DNA of 63,963 nucleotides, the filler included, from Sluysia triapertura (lineage: Eukaryota), in the NCBI GenBank assembly GCA_046118255.1. It is 5 parts of 5 records of this genome, joined end to end, with 100 filler letters (N's around TTAATTAATTAA, not from the genome) between each part and the next. Parts side by side here need not be neighbours in the genome. Positions count along the whole stretch, not along the records: positions 52,950 to 63,963 come from JBJNIA010190152.1; 4 more parts are not named here. One strand, written 5' to 3'. Under the pieces are notes generated by a model that was not told where the DNA came from, did no database searches, and saw only the letters and a program-made list of their open reading frames with translations. A program made the translations under genes and the position numbers. Below, in pieces: positions 53,000-63,963 of this stretch (its first letter is position 1; each line of letters opens with the position of its first letter).

Positions 53000-55900
53000 G
53001 TTAATAATTTTATTGAAAAACACAACAGCACAAATCTGTAAAGAAGGTCCCTAAGTTAAACGTGCCATCATTGCCAATATAAATCAAAGGATTATCAAAC
53101 CCAATTCTAAAAAACTTAATACATTTAACAACACATTCAAACAACCTTCCAGAAGTATAGTTAACAAACACAACAGTCAATATCAAAGACAACAAAATGT
53201 CTCAAACCAACAGACCAACAAAAGTAACCCTAAACAAATTAAGGATGTATCGAAACAATCACCTAAAAACACAAATGTTAAAGTCAATATAAAAGACCAG
53301 AAGACTAATAAATCCAACTTTAAACAAGAATGAAAACAACAAAATCAGTGAACAAAATCAAAAGCGTACCGATATCCAAAACAAACAGCCGAAAATTTAC
53401 TCTAATAATCAGATTCAGACAATTCAAATTAAAAACCCAAATAAAACAGAACTTATTATTCCAAAAGAAGTCACAAATCAGAACAATCATATCAAAACAA
53501 TAACACTCCAGTCAATTGTAAAGCAAAACAAATCTTACCTGGTACAATAATTGACTCTACTTCGGCATTCGAGCGACATGTACATACTGAGGTTAACACA
53601 GCCAATTCAAGAACCCGCAACAATCGGATAATACATATAAAAGTAAAATGTATAGCGTGCAATCTAAACGCGCCTTAAAATCAAAAACTTCGACCCTATT
53701 AATATATTACAGAGGTTAACCATACATCCTCAGACATGGTTTAATTATCAGGCGCAACCTTTACGTCCCCATTTAAGTTTTAACGACTACGATATTTCAC
53801 AGGGAGCAATAATTTCAATAAATCATCAACTGCATGGCGGTACTGACGACGAACCTGACATTCTTACACGTACTGAGCAAGATCAAGTAACAAATATCAG
53901 TACTTCGTCGCCGTCACAATTCTTCCTAGATGATACTGGTTCTCCAAGTACATGGTTTTTGGTTGTTGAAGCCATAGGAGCCGATAATAGGAGCCGATAA
54001 TAGGAGCCGAATTTCTTACTCATTACAAACTCCTAGTCGATTGCCACTATAAAACTTTAACAGAGTCCTTCGAACAACTCAATCATATTAAAATTTAACT
54101 TGAGTATCTCAACAGCAATAATATTACTCAATATTTACAACAAATTCACCTAATCTATTACTTGAACAATTCAACCCAGAATATGTTCCTAGATCAGAAC
54201 ATTTTATAAAAGCAATACCTACACCACCGTTCAGACAACGACGACGAGAAAATACGTTCTCATTCAGAGACAGAATTTCTTGAAATGGAAGGACAAGGAA
54301 TAGTGCGACGCTCTTCTTCTTCACGGGCCGCACCTCTGCAAATAGTCAAAATAAAAAGATGGAAGAAAGAAAGATGGAACAATAAGGATATGTGGTGACT
54401 ACAGAATGCTCAATAAAGTCACAGTTCCAGGCGAATATCCTATGCCACTAATAACAGACATTTTTCACAGATTTATAGGTTACATAATCTTCTCTTCATT
54501 AGACCTGGCCAAGGCTTACCATCAAATCCCAGTACATACTGAGGATATACCAAAACAACCGTAATAACTCCTTTCGGTCTAAGAAATGCAGCATAAACTT
54601 TCCAGCGTCACATCGATCAATTTCTTCAAGGCTTAATTTTCACTACAGCCTATATCGATGACATCATAATTGCTTCCAGAGATATCAAACACATCTGGAA
54701 CAAGAATTCCAAAGACTTTCGGACAATAATCTTATAATCAAAATTAACAAATGTCAATTTTTCAAAAATAAGATCATCTTTCTAGGTAACAACATTTCTG
54801 TTGACGGTACAGAACAGAACCACAGGAAACCCGTACAACAGCAATAAGAAACTTCCACAACCTAAAACAGTCACATAAATGAGAAGTTTCTTAGGCCTAG
54901 TCAAAAAATTCCGACGCTTTATCCCGAAACTGTCAGAAATTATTGCACCATTAACAGTTCTATAATCGGAAAAGAAAAATCAACAAATCAATTGGAATAC
55001 AAAATCTCTGGACTCCTTTGAACAAACAAAACAAGCAATTATAAAAATGGAAAATCTTAACAATCGATGCTTCAAATATAGCAATAGGTGCGGTACCAAC
55101 ACAAAATCAACAAGAAACAACCAGGCCCATCGAATTTTATTCCAACGTACTTTCTGCACAACAAACCAAATATTCGGCATTCGACCATGAATTGCTTGCA
55201 ATTTATCTTTCCGTAAAACACTTCATGTATTTATTATCCCAACGCAATTCACACTTAGAACAGACCACAAACTGTTGTTACACATTTTCACAATGAAAAA
55301 CCCACTCCAACAACGGCAAATCAGTTACTTGTCCAAATTCAACTTCAATATAGAATTTATCCCAGGACAAGCAAATGTGGTTGCAGATGCATTATCACGT
55401 GTAGGTTTAAATAGAATTGAATATCAGTCAATATTCACTGTCGAAGAATTACAAAACAATCCACCATTTTTCTAGAAATTTCCAAATTTTCAATAAAACC
55501 ATCATTACAAAATGGAATTTTCTACGACTACCAATTATCAGGTGCTTCTCGACCAGTGCTAGGACAACAGCTCCAAATCAAAGCTTTTGAATATATCCGC
55601 AATATGACATATGCGGAGCTAAGGCCACATATGAATTACTACACTCAAAAGTAGTATGACATCAAACACTGGTGTAAAGCCTGTTTGACTTGTCAATCTG
55701 TGAAAATTCACAAAAACATAAGCCACAAACGCTTCACTTGCCCACAGGCCAACTCTTCGATACAATACACATGGGCATAGTCGGTCCACTACCACAATCC
55801 TGTGGTTACACTTACATCTTAACTATACTTGACCGACAAAGCAGATGGCCTGAAGCGTTTCCAATTAGATCAATAACAACGGACACCATATCCAGAATTC

Positions 55901-56687
55901 TAATAACAAACTGGATTTCACGCTTTCGTGTACCCAAGAGAATTATCACAGATCGAGGAGCTCAATTCGAGTCTAGCCTTTTCAATAATCTACTTAAACA
56001 ACTAGGCAGTGCTAGACTACGAACAACTTCATACCATCCACAGTCTAATGGTATGATATAGATATTCCGTAGAACTCTCAAAAACTCCTTGATTGCGCTA
56101 TCAATATACCATAATGGGGTTGATACGTTACCTTTTTTAATCTTATTAGGCTGGCGTAATATCCCTCATTCTTCAAGAGGATATTCTCCAGCTCAAATCG
56201 TATTAGGAACCGATACTAGATTACCCTTTGAATTGTTCGAACATGATAATCCGTCAGAAAAAATATATTCACCTCTTTTGCAGCAATATTTCAACGAATT
56301 GAACAAATCAACACGTCACAACGAGAATCCTCACATTTATATACCTAAAAACATTTCAGACGGCAAATTTTTGTGGCTCAAATCAGAGAATCCAGAATAT
56401 CTTCAACCAAGATAAACCGATCCCTATAAATTCATCCAGTTAAATTCAAATAACAACACAGCTTCATCGACATTAACGGAAAATCAAAAACAGATAACTG
56501 ATGTAAGCTTAAACCAGCTGCAATTCTAGTTGAAGAAGATTCACAAACTATACCAATAAAGAAATCAGTAACCTTCAATAACACGACTACTCTACTAAAT
56601 GAACAGGGTTTACACTAAAATCAATTAAACCTATCACATTCATCTTAATTTTAAATGTCTGTCGTTCCGCGTCTTCGAGGGGGCTGA
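53000..56687 (+). mobile_element. Decayed Ty3/Gypsy retrotransposon internal region (gag-like, protease, RT, RNase H, integrase, PPT)
   Basis: FLDDTGS / IGAxFLTHYKLLVD (protease); RICGDYRMLN, FSSLDLAKAYHQIP, PFGLRNA, YIDDIIIAS (RT); TIDAS, TDHKLL (RNase H); IVGPLP, DRQSRWPEAFP, TDRGAQFES, YHPQSNG (integrase); PPT GAGGGGGCTGA at 56677-56687. Confidence 0.95.
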
Positions 56688-56942
56688 TATGGTGACCGAC
56701 CTATTACTTTTGGCAAATTTTATTTAAAAATTTTCTTTTGAACATTACAAAACCACATAAACTTTCAAAATATACAATATACATTTTAAAATCCATTAAA
56801 ACATTTTATACATAGTTCCATGTCAATATAATCAAAATCATATATTTCAAAATCACACTCACCCTTAATATATACGACTCACATTTTTAAATTCACAGTT
56901 CAATACAAACATAACTAAAATCATATCCTTTTCAACACCACA
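56688..56942 (+). repeat. 3' LTR start of the Gypsy element (TGTGGTG family; short or truncated)
   Basis: Directly after the PPT: TATGGTGACCGACCTATTACTTTTGGCAAATTTTATT..., collinear with the first about 250 bp of 31360+. Ends ...TCAACACCACA. Confidence 0.8.
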
Positions 56943-57470
56943 ACAGTCAACTGAATAGTTAAATATCTTTCGTCAAATAAATTGCAAGGTGTTTCCTTTT
57001 AAATGAATCGTGAGGTAATCTCCGTCAAATAATTTTGTTTCAAATCTCCCATCACTTGAATACTAAGGAGTCACTAAAACGAAATGAAAATTGTGTGAAA
57101 TACAAATGAAATACTTGTTGAAGTGACCTTAATGTAGAATTTAAATTATTTGATTTAAACAAGGTATTTATCTTTAATAATGTAATTAATTTAATTGTAA
57201 CAAAAATAACTATATTAATTTGGCATCAATATTAAATAAATCCTATTTTGAAAATTAATCATTAATTTCATAAATTCTAAATATAAATCAGTTAAATTAT
57301 TGATTAGAAATTATTGTAGAATTGCACGATATTTGGAAAAAATATCATTTTCCACATAAGACCAACCTAATCTTGTAATGTTATTGTTGATAAATGATAA
57401 TAAATGTAACTAAATAATAACAAAAAATTAGCACATCAAAAAGTTTTTCTTGTAAAAATATAATTACACT

Positions 57471-57471
<1 letters not shown>

Positions 57472-57531
<60 letters not shown>
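57472..57531. repeat. (AAT)n microsatellite
   Basis: About 20 units. Confidence 0.95.
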
Positions 57532-57532
<1 letters not shown>

Positions 57533-60423
57533 CATTTACTAAAATTAGATAGCATTTAAATATAAATTTACAAATATTAACAACTTAAACGACAAGAAAA
57601 ATAATAACAAATAAATACAATCATCACCTTTATCACTTTCTTTCATGTTTTCTACATATTTGTAATTATTATTAGCGTACCAAGAATAACATCAATAATT
57701 TTATTTTACACACCATTCACTTATATTAAGCACTTACTAAAATTCTACATATTCTTAAATGTATAAAGTTTGCAAGGTATATTAGGTCCTTCAAAGGTTC
57801 CTCAAGAATACCAACATGTATCGATGTCTTTGGAAACTCGAAGATATTCTTGAATGCCTAGAACAATTTTACTTATTTTAACGTTGTAATAAAATATCAA
57901 ATTATAGGTCTGCTTGTAAAACAAGGTTTATATCTGGATGATGACGTGCGTATAAGAATATTCGAAAGGTTCTTTTGTTGCTAAATTCAGCATATACTTA
58001 TTTAAAAACACACTTGGGTCACTAAAGTTTATTAATCAAAATGATATGCGAAAACTCTAAATAATAATTATAAAACAAAAATTGTAACAGTAAAATATTA
58101 TTATTGTTTATTTAACAAGATTTAAAAGTGAGATTATGGCTAATGAAAAAATAGTCGTTTAGTTTATTGATTTTAAGTATAAAATTGTCTTTATCCTAAA
58201 ATAGAAAGATTCCTAACAATTAAAAACTTACGAATTCTTATACAATAAAATATGTCAATCCGATGAATGATTCCTGTAATAACAACTAACCTCTGTGTCA
58301 GAATTATTCAATAGACTGATCCAAACGAATTGAACTAACTAGTAAAGTTTTTATGTCTTCTGTGTTTTTATGTGAATAATTGCTCTTTATATGGTCTTTT
58401 CTTAATATCCGTTGTTCTTTAAAATAAATAATAAATTCAATATGATGTATTTTTAATTGACTTAATGTACTTCCTATTCAATTTTTAATTTTCTTTATTT
58501 ATTTTATAATTTGTTCAATTGTTTTTAGGTACTTCCTGTTTATGAAAAGTTGTTTTTTTAACCATTTCTTTATTTTTAATTAAATACGGGAGATTGCAGA
58601 GAATATATTTTTTATTTTTAACTGATAACTCCATCCTAATTTCAATGAAATCTCTAGCTACCACACGATATCAAGACAACAAGCATTCTTTTTTCTAAAA
58701 TGTCCTATTATTTTTTACATTAAATCTGTATACATTTGTCTTTTTATGACTAACAGTTGGGTCATCTAAACATTAAATCCGATTGAAGTTTTATTTATAT
58801 AAATATTTCACTACATTTATGGAAATATAAAATATTTTTCCCGCAGATTTGATTTAGAATGTGCAATATTTGAGACATTTGTATCGCGAAGCCTTATGAA
58901 ATTAGACCAAATGGAGATTTTTAAGTGTGATTCAAATTTTGAATCATATATGTTTTAGTTAAATAATTTTCTTTAATTTGATTTTATAATTTTTACACTT
59001 AGAAACATTTATCTAAGGTCTTGGTAAAATAAGAATTTGAAAACTGAATTATGTATCACAGCGTCCTGTTTGGATGCACGACAATTAATAACAATGTTTA
59101 TATTAATATTTTTAATGTTTAATAATAAGATTAAATTACGAGAATAAATAAAACCATATTTGCATCTTCGTTCATTAAAGTTAAATAAAATTAATCGTTT
59201 AAATAGTTATCAAAAATTTAGAAAACGATGTAGAAAGTAATTCAAGAAATAATAAGAAATTGAAATAATTTGCAGAAATTGTTTAAATAGATGAAAATAT
59301 TCAAATTATTCAATAAATAAATATAAATATAAAATTATGATTACTTATTATGATTATTTATTTATTTATTTATTATTATTATTATTATTATGTTTACAGC
59401 ATTATTTATTAAAATTATGTTTATTTGGATTTTTTAAAAATGTTATATATCTTATCGAAAAAATAAAAAAGTATTAGCTAGCGCCAATTCTGAAAAAATA
59501 CAAATAAATATTTCATTATTTATTATCTGAATATATTTTCTATACCTACATAACAATCCTTATCATTGTGGTATGAATAAACCATACAAGTTTGAACAAT
59601 ATTGTCTTAACAATAACTTCAAAAAATAGATGATCCGTAAATGAGACTGCATGATGGATAATGATGGATGATGATGATGATGAATGATCCATGAAATTAA
59701 ACAAGAACAATTTAATAATTGATTTTTTATCGGAGAAAATGAAAAGCGGACTTAATAGTAAATCGATAACGAGTTAGACCGAGAACATAAAACCAATATT
59801 TAAAAACCAAGCAATAATTAATTTAAAAATTCGTTTATTTTTATAAAGAATAAATAATAATTGTTGCCATTTTTTCGAAATATTAAGAATAATTTGACAA
59901 AAATTGTTTTATATGTTATAAACTCCTATCGAAATTATTAATCAAATAATACACAGCCAATTAAATGGTTTTTGTAATAATGAGGCTTTAATTATAACAA
60001 GATTTTGTTCACTTTTGAAATGAATAACGATGGATTTTGGTAACTTAAAACCATATAAATAAGATATCCTAAATTAAAATAGAATTGGAAACAAGTAAAC
60101 GATGATAATTTAAATTTTGGAGATTATCTTATGTACAACTCAATCTTCTAAGCATGTATAGTTTATTAAACAAATATTTATAAGGTTTATTGTTTAATTT
60201 ACTTTAGTTAAGTTACTTTAGTTATTTTTAAAAGATTTAACAATACATTTTAAGTATTATTTGATTGCACTTTTTGTTTAGAAACTACCCTAATCAATTT
60301 TGAACATAATGATTTATGATCATTTCTCAATATCGAATTGTCTCATTGTTCTGTTAAATGATTTTTCTATTTATGTAGAATTTTTTTGTGTTGAGGTGTC
60401 ATAGAATAATGATAGTATAATTA

Positions 60424-60506
60424 TTAGACGGGCTGATAGCTTAGTGGTCAGAGCATCGAACTGCACAGCTGTGAACCAAGAGGACAGTCCATTTTATGAA
60501 ATCTAA
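60424..60506 (+). mobile_element. tRNA-derived repeat, copy 3 (diverged)
   Basis: TTAGACGGGCTGATAGCTTAGTGGTCAGAGCATCGAACTGCACAG...CAGTCCATTTTATGAAATCTAA. The B-box is lost. Confidence 0.7.
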
Positions 60507-60942
60507 AATTATAATTCGTCTACAAACTCAAACAATTTATATGAATACACAATATTAAAGAAAAATTATAACATAATTCAGTTAAATCCATTTCTCATCA
60601 CACGTTTACAAATCACTAAATAATTTCTTATACATCGTGTACCATACAATTTATAACATTATCCATTTAAACATTGCTACACTAGAAAGTTATATCTGAT
60701 ACGCAAATATGTGTATTTATATGAATTATTATGGAATAATAAATCAAATAACACATACAAAAAGTATATTTAAATTCCCAATGCAATAGAAACATTTCTA
60801 ATTCATATTTTGTAATTCCTCAATGATAACATTGTCACATTGATTTCCTGCATTAACTGACGTTTTGAATTGTTCAGTTGGCAGATTTAGTTCGATGTCC
60901 ATCTTTATTTCACTTATTTTAATAAATTGTATTAATTAGATT

Positions 60943-61109
60943 TGGTGCAATTGCATCGACTCTGGCTGAAGCTTGAGCCTTTTGAGTACGTGTAACTTCA
61001 CGTGTATCACACAAACGTCCATTTGTAAATATAATCTCTACATTTCCACGAAGATGAGGAACCGTTGTCATACAATCAGCATTCTTTAGATCATCATAAT
61101 GTTTTTACT
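60943..61109 (-). pseudogene. RPLP0: 60S acidic ribosomal protein P0 fragment
   Basis: SKNIMM...VPHLRGNVEIIFTNGRLCDTREVTRTQKAQASARVDAIAP compared with P0 GKNTMM...[40 protein letters not shown]. Confidence 0.8.
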
Positions 61110-62879
61110 AAATTTGTTGTGTCTTTGTACTTTTATTTTTCCAAACTATTAGATTAGAACTCAATAACTAAATAAATTCAAAAACTCGATATGTTCTTTA
61201 TTTTATCACAAGATTACGGCAACGATACAAATTATTCTTCAATGATAAATATTCATGATAAATATCAAACCTTCGTACCCGTATTAATGCAAAATTACAA
61301 TCAATATAAAATAATTCACTAACCCTTATTCCTCTAACTCTAAATACTTATTTTAATCAATTACTAAAGAATAAGCCTTGATGTTATCGTTAACCACAAA
61401 TGAATCAAGGCAGCATCCCTGCATCTAGAAAGTTTTCTTTAATTTGCTTAATTCTCGTCTCTATCGCTTTTCACTTCTGATTTTTTTGGCAGAAATGTAA
61501 TTGCTTATATAGCAGTTTTATGACATTTAGTTAAAGTAAAATTCAGAAATTGAACAAAATGGAAATTAAAATGTCGACAGTAATTTCCGTCTATGTTCAA
61601 CTTCATTATCATTTTAATTATCTAAAGATGATGGTATTTGTGGTAAAAAAATCTCCTTATCTCCTTAATATCATCTAATTAAAATTTAAAATCATTGTTA
61701 CATTGCTTTTATACTAATAACGTAATTTACCAACTTAATTTAAGGATAAAATTAATGAAATAATAAATTTATTTCTCGTATGAATCTTTTGTATAATACT
61801 TTGCATGACAAGTTCAATAACATATTTGAATTAGTATCTTTATAAGCATGTATTTATATGTACTTTATTTAATTTTAACTTTAAATTATAAAAATTAATT
61901 AAAAGAACTAATTTTACGTTATCTACGTTGAGGTGCTTCACAATACTTCATCATTAAAAATACTAATAAAACTCAAAATCTAATATCATTATATGATGAG
62001 CAAACATTTTTACTAAGTTATCAAATTAAACAAATTTTAATTAAGTTAATTAACAAATGTACTTTAATATTTTAACAAATAAAACCTCGTAAAGGGTTTT
62101 ATTTCTTCATATTTCTTTTTTTTGTTTTAATTTAAGTATTTTATATACTTATTTTATCATCTATTATCCTATTATCTTATTCTATTATCCTGAGTCTTGA
62201 CCCTACGTTTATCCTTCACCAGTCCCAATAAATTTTATTTCCACGTTAGCTCTTAAGTTTTCGAATATTTTGTAATTGCTCAATGGCAAAATTATCGGCA
62301 TTGACAGTCATTAATTTTGTCACAATGTTTTCTTGCATTCACCAGCATTTTAAATTAATTTTTTAATGAAAAAAATATTGAAAATTTCAATTCTACGCTG
62401 CTGTAATTTGAAATGTCAATATTTTAAAACAAAAAGAATGTTATAAGTACAATGTGTGTACTAATTTTAGTCTGCATTATTATCATAAGTCACAAAACAC
62501 ATTTTAAAGTTTTTTAATACTAGATAGATTTTGTGATAAAGGTATTTTAATATAAAATTTTTATTATGGCAATTGCTACACATTTTAATAATTAAAATAA
62601 CAAAGTAAATATGTAAATGTAAAAAATAATGGAATAAATAATCTGATTATTTTATACTTAACAATTATAATAATTATAATAATGTAATAATTATGAGGTG
62701 AATGCTTTAATGTTCAATAACAAGTTTTACAATTCAATTACATTTAGTGTATAAATCTTGTTTACATGTGTCAAAATTAAAAAAGAAAAAAGCATTGCAG
62801 ATTTATCAACGATGTTTAAATATTTATCTTGATAAATACGATTTTGGAAGTTGAAGGGGTGCACATAACTCAAAATATC

Positions 62880-63418
62880 AAATATGAAATGAGTGTTAAA
62901 TAGTTCATTCCATAGGAATATCATCAAATTCAAGACCTTCGATCAAGGATCTTCATCTACCATGGGAAAACTATGATTCATCGTCTGCATTGATAGGAGA
63001 CGGAATATCACTATGATGTGTTTGTTCTAACTGTGTTTGTTGACTGTGATTCATTATCACTGTGTGACTGTGTGAACTGATGACCGATCACGATATTAGT
63101 TTGTATAACAGAACCAATCATAATATTTGAATTATTTGATGATCTTAAATGTCGATTTAAAGATAATGGAGCTCGATTACGTTTAGATACAATATAGAAA
63201 TTGTCGCTATTATTAGTAGTATCAAAAAGTTCTGGACTAGTACAATTATTAGATGTGAAAATGAATGAATGAGCATGTTGTCTAGTAACATTATTATTTT
63301 CACGATAATGTTACTATCACTTTCGTCGATTATGTCATCAGTATCGGTGATGCAATTGTTATTACTATTTGAAGAAATTAATTTAGTTGGAATCGGAGTA
63401 ATGATTGGTGATGTAGAA
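62880..63418 (-). pseudogene. Disrupted S/T/N/D-rich coding-like exon
   Basis: An AG acceptor is followed by STSPIITPIPTKLISSNSNNNC..., with frameshifts. No domain was recognised. Confidence 0.25.
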
Positions 63419-63963
63419 CCTCAATAAAACATTTAAACATAGAATAAGATTAAATCTAATAATAGATTAATTAATTAAAAATCTTAATAAAATTAAATAA
63501 GAAAAAGTACGTTTTTGAGAATAACTTTTGAATGCGGAATGCTATGTTAAATTTGAATTTGTGTATGTATTTGTTTTGAAAGATCTTTCGACGAAGGTAT
63601 GGTTTGACCGAGTTCGTGCAAGGAAAGCCTTAATATTGATAAAAGTCAAATTTTAATTATAGAATGTTGAATTTTTTATACTTAGAGTGATGCAAATGTG
63701 ATGAGATAATAGCTATGAAGGAGAAGAATCTATAAGTGAGTTCGAAATGTTGGTAGAATGGTTTGTTTCAGAATAAGAATCTTAAAACATTTTTCATTAG
63801 AAAATTGGGTGGAAAAAATAAAAAATAAATTAAATAATAGAAAGTGAAATTAAATTCATTATTTTTATAATTGTTGCGTCTTTAGAACTTGTCAAATATC
63901 AAATTCACTATTAAAGTCTTATTCAGTTAAAATCTTAATAGTTTTAATAGTTAGTATACTGAA

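Noticed and set aside
53974-54010. Triple ATAGGAGCCGATA repeat
   Set aside because: It is a local tandem duplication within the dead Gypsy protease region.

Overview
This is a very AT-rich, intron-containing metazoan scaffold with N gaps carrying an artificial TTAATTAATTAA linker. It is dominated by nested transposon debris: Tc1/Tc3, mariner, hAT, piggyBac, a Polinton-type integrase, MITEs, tRNA-derived repeats and a decayed Gypsy element. Host-type genes include an intact two-exon TRIAP1/Mdm35, the first coding exon of an F-spondin, an isolated unc-13 C2C exon, a GT92 pseudogene, an RPLP0 fragment and FN3-like exons. The main signal is a family of unusually long LTRs that start TGTGGTG(G/A)YC. 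Four copies lie at 24190-26776(-), 31360-34228(+), 38421-42560(+) and 45957-48371(-). Three have exact 5-bp TSDs, one is followed by a tRNA-Leu-like PBS, and the same start follows the PPT of the Gypsy element at 56688. All four share about 0.8-1.3 kb of 5' sequence ending in hairpins and CCAAT palindromes. Each then carries a different intronless cargo reading frame inside the LTR: a CCA-adding enzyme fragment, a CCCH-like protein, a coiled-coil protein and an unknown protein. Separately, an intact intronless 427-aa orphan ORF (27208-28491) has a paralog at 1-366 and may sit inside a second giant LTR (TGTTGGA...TCCAACA with a PBS). All alignments and family assignments were made by eye from recalled motifs; no searches were run.
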